Assembly (NCBI GenBank): GCA_964270895.1
Contig: OZ185440.1
Source of the DNA: Podarcis filfolensis
Lineage: Eukaryota
Strand: one strand, 5' to 3'
Length of the DNA: 64,000 nt
The position numbers and the translations under genes were made by a program. Below, in pieces: positions 12,462 through 26,100 of the stretch (position 1 is its first letter; each line of letters begins with the position of its first letter). The notes beneath the pieces are model-generated. The model made no database searches and was not told the origin of the DNA. It saw only the letters and a list, made by a program, of their open reading frames with translations.

Positions 12462-12483
12462 TGATAAGTGAGCAGTTTATAAG
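12462..12483 (+). promoter_or_regulatory. Gene B core promoter: GATA site plus TATA-like box
   Basis: TGATAA 12462-12467 and TTTATAAG 12476-12483, about 45-65 nt upstream of the ATG at 12529. Confidence 0.5.
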
Positions 12484-12528
12484 GCTGTGTTGGATTTCCC
12501 CAGATGGGCCATTTCCTCTGAAAAACAG

Positions 12529-15500
12529 ATGGGGAAGATGCTGCTGTGGGCAAGTGAGTGATCCTGTGTGTAATTTTACGTCTTGAGAAACATAAAGAGA
12601 CATTTCTTCCTAGAAACAAGGGAGGTGAACTTTGAGCTTAGACTTGGGAATGAGAACACCATCAGGTTTGCTTATGAGACAAATAACCCTGGAAATGAGG
12701 TGTTTAGCAAATTGAGTCAGATGGTTTTATGCATACTGTAATGGTGTTTTGTTGTTTTTTAATCTTTTGTAGGTCTGGCCATTTTGCTGCACTTGCAGCT
12801 TGGTAAGCAGGATTCTTTATTGCTCATAAATTTATTCCTCAAAAATAGATGGAATATCTGAGACAAATTGAGGGTGGGGGAGATGCTTTCAGGTTTGATA
12901 TTGTCGTTTTCATTTCTGCCCCCTCCTGGGAGCTTGCAATACTAAGGGTGTGATTATGAGTAGCAGCAACCAGCACAAAGGAATGTAACATTAAGAATGA
13001 GAGACTGTATCTTTGCATTATATAAATCCACAGATTTCTGTAAAGGAAATATATGGTCCCTCATTCTGGGGGTGATAGGAGTTGTAGTCAAAAACACCAG
13101 CAAAGGCTGGGCTAGAGACTATAACTTTCTAATTGAGTATTGTGCATGTATCTTAATCACAATGAGTTTCCTAAATCAAGAGGTAAGCGCACAGGGCCAG
13201 ACTGAACTAAGTTGTTGCACGAGCAGAATGAGATCTGCTTGTGCAATGGGACTTTGCTCTGGAAGGCTGAAGGAAAACCTAGAACAGGTTTAAGAGGTGG
13301 GAGGAGAGGGACAAAATTCCTGTTGCGTGAGCTGACCTCATTCCATTAACACATATAGTATGCCGGTTTTAGAGTCAGTTGCTTTGATTTCCATGTTGTT
13401 CTTGCCTATGACATTCACATCACAATGTTCTTTCTTACCTCAGGATCTTCTTACAAGCTGGTCTGTTATTTCACGAACTGGTCCCAGTACAGGCCTGATC
13501 CTGCTAGATATAAACCAGCAAATGTGGACCCCTGCCTGTGCACACATGTCATCTATGCCTTTGCTACTATGAGCAATAACAAGATCGCCCCCTATGAATG
13601 GAATGATGACGTCCTCTATCCACAGTTCAATGGTCTAAAAGAATAGTTAGTAAATTCTTTAAACACTTGGTAATTACGAAGAATGAACACAGATTGGTTA
13701 ATCTCAAAATAATAAGGCTTGTTTGGACCTGATCTGATTTTCTAAGCCCCCTAGTTGTAAATGTTTGATTCAGTTTTTTGGGGAAAAACAACAACCCTGG
13801 AAGGTTAATATTAGCTGCTGCAGAGCTGCAAAGTACTCTCTACTCTCTGCTCACTAGGCCAATGGCCAGAAGAGAGAAGGGCAGACAAGTCAGTTCTGGG
13901 CATAGCTGTCAAGTGTCCCTTATTTGAAGGGACAGTCCCTTATTCCAGTGCCATGTCCCACTGCTGTCCCTTATTGATGGATGTCCCTTAAATGTCCCTT
14001 AAATGATGTCCCTTAAATTTCAAAGGAAGCAGCTCCTCTCCCTCCCTCCCTGCTGGCCAGCGAGGAGGGAGGCTCCAACTGTGTTGCTTGGCTGTGTTGC
14101 TCACCCAATAAGAAGTCTAAGAACGACTGGGGGGTGGAGCTTGCATGCCTTGTGTGTGGCTAGTTAATGCAAGCTGAGGGGGTTTTTGAATACTGGATGC
14201 CATTTTGTTGCACATGCTGCTGCAAACTTTGCAGTGCAAAGCCAGGCCGGGGAACCATCTTAAGTTGAGGCTGCATAGGCCTTGTGGTGCATGTGATTCA
14301 GATTCTATTCAGTTGAACCTCTGGTTACAAAGTTGGTTGGACAGTGTTCTCAAAGCTACCAGCATGAGTTTGACCAGACTGCAGGAGGACAGGAAGACTG
14401 GAGTGCCTGGAACAGGTGAGGCTGCAGGTCCCTTATTTTGGCTGCTGGTCCCTTATTTTCAAGGCTGCTGGTCCCTTATTTTCAAATCTGTAAGTTGACA
14501 GCTATGGTTCTGGGCACTGCTACAACAGCCCAGAGTCTCCCTAGTGCTAAAGAATCTATCCTGTGCTATTGTCTAATATAGGGATCTCAGATCTGCAGGA
14601 GTCTTAGTCCAGGCAACCCATCACTGTTGAAACCCGCTTTAAAAAGGTAAAGGTAAAGGACCCCTGACAGTTAAGTCCAGTCGCGAATGACTCTGGGGTT
14701 GAGGTGCTCATCTCACTTTACTGGCCAAGGTAGCCGACGTTTGTCCACACAGGGTTTTTCCGGGTCATGTGGCCAGCATGACTAAGCCGCTTCTGGAGAA
14801 ACCAGAGCAGCACACAGAAATTACCTTTCCGCTGCAGTGGTACCTATTTATCTACTTGCACTTGACATGCTTCCCCTCAAAAATATGAGACTGACTTATA
14901 CTCTGTCAGAGCATTAGTTCTGTAGTCAAACACTATTCACACTGATTGGCAGCTGCTGTCAGGCAGAGGGCTCTTCCTCATCCTGAGATCCTTCCATTGG
15001 AATGGCCACTGGCTGATTATTATTATTATTTTGCATACAGTACATGCTCTCTACTCACTGAACTGACTGTTTTATGCCTTTTGCCTGCCAGTTCCTTCTT
15101 GTATCTGTGTCCCAGAACATGCCACCTCTCCAGGACTCAGGGAAAACTTAACTTGACATTAAGCACATTATTTAGTATAGGAGAGTCCCAACCAGAGAGT
15201 CTCAAGGGAGGTCCTAGCATGGGCAGAGAAGCTGTTACAACATTAACAATCTGGAAATGCTGTGGGGACAATGGCTTGATGTACCTGTCTGCATGTCTAT
15301 TATTTGCACTGGGAGGTAATCTCTTCCTAGTACCAGTGACAGCCTTCCTCCCAGGGCACAAATAGGGGTTGTGGGGAGGCTGCTGCTCGATATCAATGGA
15401 TCAAAGTCCCTTCCCATGATTCTGTGGCCCCAACCCAGATCACTCCTCATGGCTATTTAGTAAAAAAAAAAAAAAAAGAACAAGCACACAGTCCTATGAT

Positions 15501-18500
15501 CAACACAGTATCTAGTTTGGTCCTCAGACCACGCTTAATGGCAGTTCACGAAACAATAAACGATGATGGGAAAAGCAACAATTGCATATTATACATTTAT
15601 TTCCTAATTTTTCCAATCCCTTCCATAGCAATGAGAAAATGGTTACCCTTTTGGCGATTGGAGGATGGAATTTCGGCACCCAGAAGTGAGAACTTTTCTT
15701 TCACATGTATAATGAACAAGATGGGGAGGGGAGGGGGGTAGTTTGTGGCTACTGCTGCTGGCCTGCTGAGGAAGAGGCAATGAATGGATAAAAGGGATGT
15801 GGAGGATTTTCACGAACCTCTGGTGGATAGAAAGATAAGACCACTGTGGAGTTAAAGGAGGAGAGTTGGGGGTTTTTTTTGAAGAGTCAGAGGGAAGTAT
15901 GGGATAAGCAAGTACAGTAGAAACATTTTGTGGGGAAGGAAGTGGTAAGAGAAGCTGAAACAAGCTAGCATTGCTTAATTTTGTGGTTCATATCGTGTAT
16001 ATCCTCATACTTTCAGTAACTTAAAAACAAATCCGGTTTTGTTAGGTTCACCACAATGGTTGCTACAGCTGCTAACCGCAAGACTTTCATCGATTCAGTG
16101 ATTACGTACCTTCGTCAGTATGGGTTTGATGGGATTGATCTGGACTTTGAATACCCAGGTTCTCGGGGCAGCCCCCCTGAGGATAAGCATCGTTTCACTA
16201 TTTTAGTCCAGGTGAGGAAGCTTTGCCCAGCATCCTGTGAACATCGTGCCTTGCTCTCTTTGCATAAACAAATGTAATACGGTATGTGAATGAGTCGATT
16301 ATTTCAGATCCTGAAATCACAAAGCAGATGCTGATTGATATGGTTGCTCAGTCACACATTACCTTTTCTCATGTGATGGGAGTTATCCTCAGCCAGGAAG
16401 GCTCCCATCAACAACAGACACGCTTGTCCAAATAAAGCACTAATTCCAGCTAAATGTTGCTAGAAATAAGGTGCCACTGCCAATTACACAATCACATAAT
16501 AGAATATCCTTTCCTAGAAAAAGGAATATACTTCACTCCATTTCCAGGTTTATAAGAATGTTAAAATAATTTGAAATTTCTTCATATTTAGCTATGTTTA
16601 AATGACAATCAGCTGAGTGTACTACTACTACTACTAATTTATTATTTGTACCCCCCATCTGGCTGGGTTTCCCCAGCCACTCTGGGTGGCTTCCAACAAA
16701 GATGAAAAATACATTAAAATGTCACACATTAAAAACTTCCCTGAACAGGGCTGCCTTCAGATGTCTTCTAAATGTCAGGTAGTTGTTTATCTCTTTGACA
16801 TCTGATGGGAGGGCGTTCCACAGGGCGGGCGCCACTACTGAGATTAGTTAGATAAAGAAGCAATCTCAGAAGCAATGGCTGAGCTTTCTAAATTCCTCCT
16901 TATATGTACATAATGGCACCATAATGGCACTTTGGTTCATATACCAAAGAAGTGGGATTTCTTCATATATATATATAAAAGATGTTGCATACCACCAATT
17001 TTTGAAACCTTGCACACAATGAATTAGCTAGAACTGAATGCAGCTGTTAACTTTACTCACCCATGCCCTTCTCCAGGAAATGCTGGCTGCTTTCTCAAGT
17101 GAAGCCACCAGGAGTGGGCAACCCAGACTGTTGATCACAGCAGCTGTATCTGCTGGCAAAGCAACCATTGATGCTGGATATGAAATTGCAGAGATAGGAA
17201 AGTAAGTGACAATGTGCTAAATTGGGGACTTGTGAAAATAGGACAAAGCAAGGCAAAATTCATTATTCATTTGGAGGGAATTATTAATTATATTAAGGAA
17301 AAGGTGCATACAGAGAAATATATACATGTCAACAATATGAGACAATATATTTGTGCAGTTTTGCCAAAGATTTAAACTTGGTTGTTTGACATTCAAGAAT
17401 TTAGATGCAGCATTTTGAATTCTTTGAGTGACCACTAAAGGTCTAGTCACAGTTCAATATAAGTGGCTGCAATATCCACTTACCTGGGAGTAAGTCCCGT
17501 TTAACTTTATTAAGTTTACAGATAGATATGCATAGGATTGCAATGCTGGACCCAAAGGACACTAAGCTTTAGCTTTCTAGTCAATGTCCTCTTTAGCTTG
17601 TTCTGTGATAAAAATGAACAGTGTAGTCAACTTGAACTTCATTTGTTGGGAAGGTTGGATGAGAATTTAACAACTGGACAAATATCCTTGCAGAAAAGGG
17701 GAGCAGGAGCTGAGGATCATATAGCTAGCTGTTTAGCAAACTACAAGTCAGATGTACACCATATTGTTCAAATGCATACAGTTTTTGTATGGTTTCATGC
17801 AATCTTCAAAAGCTAATGTGAAAGACAATTGGGTTCAGCCCACCAGTATCAAGGGGATCTTTATTTCAGCGTATGGATCCATTAGGCAAGTTGTTATTAC
17901 TCTGCTTTTTATTTATTTATTTGCACAAGGGTTCTAGATTTCATCAGTGTGATGACCTATGATTTCCATGGAGGATGGGACACCTTCACAGGTCACAATA
18001 GCCCCCTGCATGTGGGATCTGCAGATAAAGGCGATTTTGTGTACTTCAACTGCGTAAGGAAATGCTAACAAACTATTGTTTGCTCAGAGCCAGTAAAAAA
18101 AATGGTCAGTTCATACCTATATTTATTATGTTCATATTGAAAGGAATTTGCCATGAAATACTGGCTAGAAAATGGGGTTCCTGCTCAGAAGCTTATGATG
18201 GGGTTTCCTACTTATGGCCGTACCTTTAGGCTTACCACAGCTGACACATCGGTTGGCGCTCCTGCATCTGGTGCCGGATCCATTGGACCTTACACAAGGG
18301 AAGCTGGTTTCTGGGCTCATTATGAGGTAAATGAAACATTTAAAAAGGACCAAAGTTTAAAAGCATGCAGTATTTAAAAATATCTAAGCAAAGTGCATTT
18401 TGTCTCTCAGCAGTTATAATCCTGTTTTACAATACTAATGTCTTGCCGTTCACCCATCCGGGTTGCTTATAATCAAGATTACATACAATTGTTTTATATA

Positions 18501-20205
18501 ATTCCACCACATCCATTTTCATCCTCTTTAACAGGTTCCTTAATATGTTCTGATACTTTTTCTTGAACTTCAAAAACTGCTGTGGACTTCGCATATAGGG
18601 GAGAAGTTTTTCCCATGGACTAGAAAAGGTTTCCAGTCCTCCTAAAAAGATTCTAAATTTGTGTCTCTCATCAGTGCCATTGATTTTGCCATCTCTGCAC
18701 AATCCATGATTTTCGCCAGCTGTTCTTCCTTTGAGGGCATTCTTTCCTTCTTCCACTTCTGTGCCTAAAGATTCCTTGTCACTGTGGTTACATGCATAAA
18801 TACAATTGAAGCTTCCTTTGGAATTTCACTGTCTAGTATCCCCAGCAGGAAGGCTTCTGGCCTCTTGGGAAAAGTCACTTAAAAAAAATAATCATTATTT
18901 ATCAGGTGCATGGTTTTTCCTTTTTGGTATAATTACAGGAAATGCTGCTAGGAATATTACATTAGCCACAGAAGTGCACCTCAAAGTATAGAATATATTT
19001 CACTGATAAAACACCAAGTGCCTGTACAGTTGTTTGCTGTTGTTTGCTAACATGAATGTTCCTTGACAGATTTGTACGTTCTTACCAGAAGCGACAACCG
19101 TCTGGATTGAAGATCAGAAAGTCCCTTATGCCTTCCTGGGGAATGAGTGGGTTGGGTTTGATGATTTAACCAGCTACAAGTACAAGGTATGTTATTTTTT
19201 TTCTAGTGCATCTAACAGATTTATCTGTACCCACACTCAAAGTACCTTGCAAGATTTACCAGTGCAATGTTTGAGCTTTATAACAATGCTTGGTGCATAT
19301 GTGTGTGTGTGTATATGTACTGCCGACACTGATCTTGGGATATTTTTTTGCGAGTCAGCTGCTGACATCATTGAATCAACTTTAAGTTAACATTGACTTT
19401 TAGGAATGTAGTCAAGCCCTTAGATGCATTGATCTAGTCCAGTGTTTGTCTTTCCCAAACCCCATGAGTCTAAAGAACAGCACCCCAACAATTCATGTCA
19501 TGTTAGTGCGTGCAACTGACATCAAATGTGATGGGAATATCTTGTACTTGCTTTCTGCGCAGGTTGAATTTTTGAAAGCAAACAACTTTGGAGGGGCCAT
19601 GGTTTGGGCCATTGACCTTGATGATTTCCTAGGCACTTTCTGCAATACGGGGCCATATCCTCTGATATCACATTTGAAGACACTCCTTGACATACAAACT
19701 CCAGGTAGGTCAATTTATTGAGAAGAATTCTGCACTAAGACGTGTATATGCATGAGCGCACATGCGCAGAGCGCCATGCTGCAATCTGGAGGTGCAAGGA
19801 AACAAGTAGCCAATGATAAACAAATTATGTGATGTGCAAAGACACTTCCCAATATGTTTTAGCAAAAGGGAAGCAATTTAATGCACACCCAATCCCCTTT
19901 GAAACCTCTGTGGGGATGTTCCCTCTAAGTGACTGGCTTTGCACTTTAGTACAACTGCAATGTATTAAACAACTTCTCTCAAGTGTCTTCTCTGATTATA
20001 TTCTCCACCCTTAGGTTGTGTAGCTCCACCCCCTCCAACAGCCCCACCTCCTCTTATTTTCTGTGAAGATAAAGCTGATGGTATCTATGCCAATCCGGAT
20101 GACAAATCAAAATTCTATGAATGCTCTGGGGGCAATACTGTTTCCAAGAGTTGCGGAGAAAGTCTGGTGTTCGATGAGAGCTGCAAGTGTTGTAACTGGC
20201 CTTGA
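12529..20205 (+). CDS. Gene B: complete GH18 chitinase with signal peptide, short Pro-rich hinge and CBM14, 453 aa
   Basis: Exons 12529-12553, 12773-12802, 13444-13645, 15629-15685, 16046-16211, 17077-17201, 17930-18053, 18144-18326, 19070-19186, 19563-19704, 20015-20205; all GT-AG; 1362 nt. [19 protein letters not shown] signal, [11 protein letters not shown] motif, six-Cys CBM14 ending CKCCNWP*; AATAAA 20230-20235. Confidence 0.95.
13901..14506. mobile_element. Non-autonomous DNA transposon (MITE) in gene B intron 3
   Basis: Terminal inverted repeats CATAGCTGTCAA / TTGACAGCTATG; internal repeated GTCCCTTA motifs. Confidence 0.6.
14644..14871 (-). mobile_element. Sauria-type SINE, 5'-truncated
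   Basis: AAGGTAAAGGTAAAGG tail and body homologous (reverse complement) to the copies at 32017 and 61430. Confidence 0.8.
18430..18760 (-). mobile_element. L1/Tx1-like ORF2 C-terminal remnant in gene B intron 8
   Basis: Minus-strand frame [43 protein letters not shown] resembles reptile L1 ORF2 ends. Confidence 0.55.
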
Positions 20206-23120
20206 GCCTGTGGCTACCAACAGTCACTAAATAAAGAGATGGAATGGCATGCAAGTTTTCTCAAAGAATGTATAAACCAAGTGGGCAGTTCCTAATGATA
20301 AGAAAAAATAGATGGGAGGAAAATGAGCAGAGGAAATAAGTGACAAATGGACCTTAACAGGTGATGGGAAACACTTTACAAAGTGCTGGAGTCCACTGTG
20401 GTTTGGGTTAAACACACACACACACACACCTTTCAGGGTCAATTCAGTTTCTTCAATAAGACCTCAGGATGTAGGAGACAGCTAGTTAGCAGTATTATTG
20501 TGCCAGAAAAGCATAAATTGATTTCTCCCTTATATTTTAAACCCCCCAAAGGTTTTTTAAATGGATGTTTTTAGTTTAACTGTTTTCTGGGACAACTGGG
20601 GCCCTCTCCTTTCACTCCTCTACTTCCTAGAGAGGCTTACAGCCCATCATGGATATGTTGAAGGCTGCATTCCTATGCATCCTTGGGTATGACCCCAACT
20701 GATCTCAATGGAACATACTGAATAAACCGTAAAACAAGTACTACCAAGTTACTTCATAACAGGTGTGGATATGATTGCAACAGGCTTAATTTAAGTAAAC
20801 CTTGCTTGCCTCTATAGATGCCTATTAATAAATTGTAGAAAAAATATTAGAATAGTAGGAACACATAATCCAGCCCTTATCATAGGGGGAATATTCATTA
20901 TTTGTATCTTATGCCTCCAGAATGGAGTTATACATTCCGTATCAGATTAACTGCCAATGAAATTCATACTACTTGAGTGATATGCTAATCCCTTGAAAAT
21001 GAAAAGCATACACACTGACCACACAGAATAATTTTCTGAATTTTATTATGCAGTAAAACAGTAAAACAAATACATTTGGCTATTAATGACACATTACTAA
21101 TTATAATAAAAAGCAAGGGACTGGATGGGTGGTAGAACATCAAGCACTATATGGCCTTATTTCACTTTGAATTTTTCTCTGTCAACTGTAAATATTTCTT
21201 CTTTGCTGTAAGGCACATGGTTTTACACACTGTCTAATCTGAACCCTCTAGCTTGCAAGATGTATAAGGGAAGTCGTACTTAGGAACTGTAGGAAATGAT
21301 ATATCAGCATGTGGCTCCACTGGAATCACAAGGCTCCCACGTGAAACAGTTAAGTGTAAACAATGTTTAGAGAAATCGGGAGTTTCCAAAGGAAACTGCA
21401 AGTTCCATAAATAGGGAGGGTTATATAGATATATTGGGTTATATCCAACATTCTGCACATGCAACAGAGTTTTGTTTGTGCAATAGCATTTTCTCTCTCA
21501 GAGCACCCCCTGAACCTGCTGGGGGGGGATGAGTAAAGGAGAGGAAGAGGAAGTCCCACTGTGCAAGTGGGCCACTGCTTGTGCAGTGTTTGATATAACC
21601 CACTTTATCGTGATGCCATAGATAAGACAAGAACAGCAACAAATAGCAGGTTGTGGGCTAGCTATATACTATCTACCAGTGCTGAGTGAGAAAGCTGCAG
21701 TAGTCTATCAACATGTTTCTTATCAAGCATGTATTTCCTCCCATGTTGTAGAACAGATCAAGGAACAGATTGTATGGATGAGCCTACAGTTGTTCACAAT
21801 GAAATATTCATATACCATGAGTACAAGTTTATAGCATATTGCAAACACATGTTCCTAAGTAAAGTACCTGTGCCTCAGTTCAGACATAACAGGAAACCAT
21901 GGTTTTTCACTTTGAGAACAAGTTAAAGAGTCTTAAGCTCACATGCTCCTTCCCATCCCTCCTCTTTCATGCAAGTCAAGGAGAAGATCAAAAGCTTCCA
22001 CAATTGAATTAAAAGAACAATAGTTCCTCATGATGCCAGAATTTTTGAAACTCTGGTTTGTTTAAACTCTGAATAGTGAAAACTAGCAAAATTAGAACTG
22101 TGGTTTCTGATCTCATTTTATTAATCCAAGTTTGGACATCTCAAGAAACTGGTTAGTTAAAAATATAAAGGTCTCCTCTCCACAGGCATGAAAGTAGAGA
22201 AGGAAGGAGAGATTGCACAAACCTGAGGTTCATCTAGGGAAACCATGGTTTGCTGCTTGGTATGAACCAAGCCTCTCTTTCCCCCAGCAGAGGGTCTCTT
22301 TGTGTAGGCGGTGCACTTTTCAGTGGTAAAGCAGCAAGAGTGAACAGCATTAAGAATCACCTCTCCCCTGTTGCCTACTTCAAATTTCAGCCTCCGTAAC
22401 TGCATTATGCAAAAGAAGAGAACATTGCATAAAAGAAAATGCAGAGATGGAAAGCAGGCACTGTTGTGCTTAGACATACATACCAGGCCACCTATCATCA
22501 TATCATACACAGTAACAGCAGATAAATGAGCCACATGCTTCCAGGGCCTCTTGTGATGCAAATAGCATGAGGAGGGTCAAGAAGTAAAAGGTACAGGAGA
22601 TTCTGGATCTGGGAATTTCACCAGGATGTGCTGCTGCAGGCAGTAGCGACTCGTATTTGACATGGCTTTTGTGGGCACTGTGACCTCGTAACTCAAAATG
22701 TTGGCAAGATTTTCCAAAGTTGGTCTACAAATTAAAGTGAGTCAGTGACTATCTGTGCTTACAAATTCTCCAAGCCTAACTGACTGCAAACTGGGAGGAC
22801 TGGCACATGCAGCAAGGAAGGAAAACTGAAGGGCTGGAATAGCTGTTGTCAACAGGCAAGAGTCAAGACACCTACATTTTAAGATACTTTTTGGCTTCAC
22901 AGTTATGAGTGCTTCACATAAAATCAACAGTTTTGAACTAGGCAATAAAACTAGGAAGGTAAGAGGCATAACAAGACAGCTGTTTATGAAGCAATCTGGT
23001 AACTGAATCAGAGTAACAAACAACTAACAAAGTCTAAATTTCCCTTAACAAAAAAACAAACAAACAAAGGCAAATTGGTAGTTCAAGTACACAGAAGAGG
23101 AACGACTCCAACCAGAGTAA

Positions 23121-26100
23121 TTAATCACTGTAGTATATGCTCAGGTAGGCCACTAGGTTCCGGTGCTTCCTAAACTCTTTGTCCGAAAGCAGCTAAAACA
23201 AATACAAATATAAAATATATTCAGCGTTGTTCAAAAACCCAATAAGCACAATAAAGAAGCAAATGTTTTAGTGCAGATTTCTATCTATAGCTCCATGTCC
23301 AGAAAACAAACCGTATGAGACAAAGGAATTCCACAGAAAGAAATGTATGTTATTGTCTTCTGAAAGATCTCTTATTCCTTCCCGGGTCCTTCCCAAGGGG
23401 TCTGAGACTCCGACACCTTGTCTCTGCTCTGCCCTCTTTATACCTCAGAGGGTTCTAGGAGACCAGGGGGCGGAAGCTGGTCACAACAGGAGAGAGACCC
23501 CATTGGCTTCTTCAGCAGATTGCCTCATCTCTGCCTCTTGGCCCCCAGACTCTCCAGCCTCCACTTCTGCCTCTGATTCTGGACTGCTGCCTGCCACAGC
23601 CTCTTCTTGCTCACTAAACCCTGTTACTTCATCAGCTTCTGGCACCTACTCCTCCCAGTCTGCTCCCTCTTCTCCCTCTGACCACTCATTGTTGTCCCAC
23701 CACCAATCCCCTGGTTCTGAGCCTTCACCCTTTAGGGGTTCTGTTGGGGGTTCCCCAGCTGGTGCCTCCCACCACTCTTCTGTACCCAGCCAGTTCATGA
23801 CAGATACAGCCCTGAAAAAAATGGCTCTCCCTTGCTGAAATCAAGCCTGTTTGAGATTCTAACATTCTTAATCCCCAAATTGTCACAATGATCATTTAGA
23901 AAACTGTATCTGAATTTCATACCTCACTTCTCAGCGTTCTTTTCGCTGGCATTGGTATTAAAGACCAGTCTGGAGCCCCAAACTTCCCTGGCCAGGTGAC
24001 ATGCCTGTGTGGCATGCCATATGGGTCATATGTTCCAGGTCTAGAGAGAAAAGTCTTTGCATCATTTCTTCAGTGAACTAATATGCTCCATTATGCTGTG
24101 CACTTTACACATTCCACATTAATACACTGAGATAATGTCTTCATATATTGTGCTTTATTCCGTCATGTTTATACTAGACTGGTAAATTTAAGAGTTATTT
24201 TTTTAAAGAAGACTGTAGCTACATCTCAACAGTGATTTGGGTAAATTGCAAAAAGCAACTAAGAATAGGCAAGAGATTAGGGATCCCTGTAATTTTTTAT
24301 TTCAGGGTTGTTATTTTTTTTTACAAAAATGAACTTTGGCTCTCAGTGCCCATACAAAACCATGTAGGAAATAATGTCTCATGAAAATAATGTAAAATAG
24401 AGTCTGTATTAGTTGCAGCTTTTGTACCAGGGCAGTCCAACTTTCCATACCAAGTGGGCTGCAAGAGTACTTTTACACAAAACCTATGGGCCACACACTG
24501 AATTAAATTTCTATATTGTAAATTAAAGTGTTCACAATATATTTAATATACACAATTGATATATTTAATTAAATATATATAATTAAATACAAGATTTAAA
24601 GATTTAACATATTTAGTTACTAAACAAATTCAGTTCACAAACAAGTATATGCACTTTTGTTTAACAACGCATGATGCAAAAAAATATTTTTAAGGCTTTA
24701 AGATGGCCTTTCTTGACTGTTGCCAAGGACTGCATGCAGCTTGTGGGCTGTGGGCTGGACCACCCTGTTTTGGTTAGTAAACAAGTATAGCCCCATGTAG
24801 AGTGTATTACAGTCATCTAATATAGAGGGCATCAAAGCATGATTATAGCCAGGTTATTCTGGTCCAGGACTAGATGGTGAATCAGCTAGAGCTGGAAGTA
24901 GCCACTCTTTGCCTCTGAAGCCACCTGGGCCTCAAGTGACAATGCTGGACCAAGGAGTACCCAAAGCTCTGATCTTGCTGTTTCAGGAGGATTGCAACCC
25001 TGTCTAGAACAGCCACCTCATCAATTTCAGGGCAGGGAATCACCCACCAAAAGCACCTCCATCCTGTCAGGATTCTGCATTACATTATCAGTTTGGGTGA
25101 CTATAATCCTTGGCCCCGCTTGAGCTTTCATTAAGACCTTGCTGCTCTCATTATAAGGGGAAGCTTTGTAATTCAAGAAATGAAAAATGGTACCCAGGAT
25201 AAAAGTCTTTGTCCAGAAGCTTCTCAGAAAATCGTGGCATATTGCTGCAAAAAGAGACATGTGTCGGCTGGTGGCGCCTATGGTGGTCTCTGATCCATAT
25301 AGACTGGTATGCAGTAGGATCAGGAGTCACATGCTATAAATGGAGCATATAAAATTAAGTTACAAGACAAATCCTCTATTAAAATATTGTTATAGTACTG
25401 GTGAGGGGGTTGCCCCGCTAAACACTAGAAACGAATAAATACTAGGATTTTGATTAACTGGGATATTAAGGTTCAGAACTGTGCCAGACAGGGAATTCTG
25501 GGAATTCCTGGACTGGCTTATGCAAATTCTCCTGGCTGGCTATGGGGAAGAAGAGCAGACCTGTTAGCATTATAAAAAAGGTGCTGATAGGCCATAGGAG
25601 GATCCTTTGGGCTGGGGAGCCAGACGTCAAAGGTTGCCGGGGTAACTATGTGTTTGAGGGGGCAGGAAAAGTGAGTTTGGAAGCAGGGATTCCTGGGAAG
25701 AAGACGGAGGAAGTAGGGCAGAGATCCATCTTGGAGAGGGAGGTGAAAGGGTCTCCTGCACTGTTGTGGACCATGCTGTAATTCACACACTACAGATTCA
25801 TTTTGACTTGACAATCCAGGAAGAAGGTGGAGTTACATACTCATTAAATTCCACTCAGTTCATTGAGGTTTACAGCATAGTCCTAACCAGGTCTATTCAG
25901 AGTAAGTCCTACTGAACTCAATGGGTCTTACTCAATAATGTGTGTCAAAGACTGCAGCCCTAATTTCCTTTCCTGGGCAAAGGAAAGTTCAGCAAGTATT
26001 GTAATTTAATGGCAATACTAAATTTCTTACGTTGAAGCTGCCTTATCTTGGGTCAGTGAACTGGTCAGTGCACTGGTCCATAGTACTGTCTACTCTAACT

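Noticed and set aside
13641-13646. Apparent in-frame TAG at the end of gene B exon 3 in the ORF track
   Set aside because: The G belongs to the GT donor; TA plus C from exon 4 gives Tyr, so gene B is not a pseudogene.
23347-23838. 163-aa Ser/Pro-rich ORF on the gene B strand, tempting as an OVGP1-like mucin-tail exon
   Set aside because: It lies inside an LTR-like repeat in PIFO intron 5, antisense to a purine-rich tract. Gene B already has a complete exon 11 and poly(A) signal, and I found no convincing acceptor.
25194-25244. Possible separate 51-nt PIFO exon after TTTTTGCAG
   Set aside because: The frame is open upstream to the acceptor at 25333, and the 140-nt exon fits the phases; at most a cryptic acceptor.
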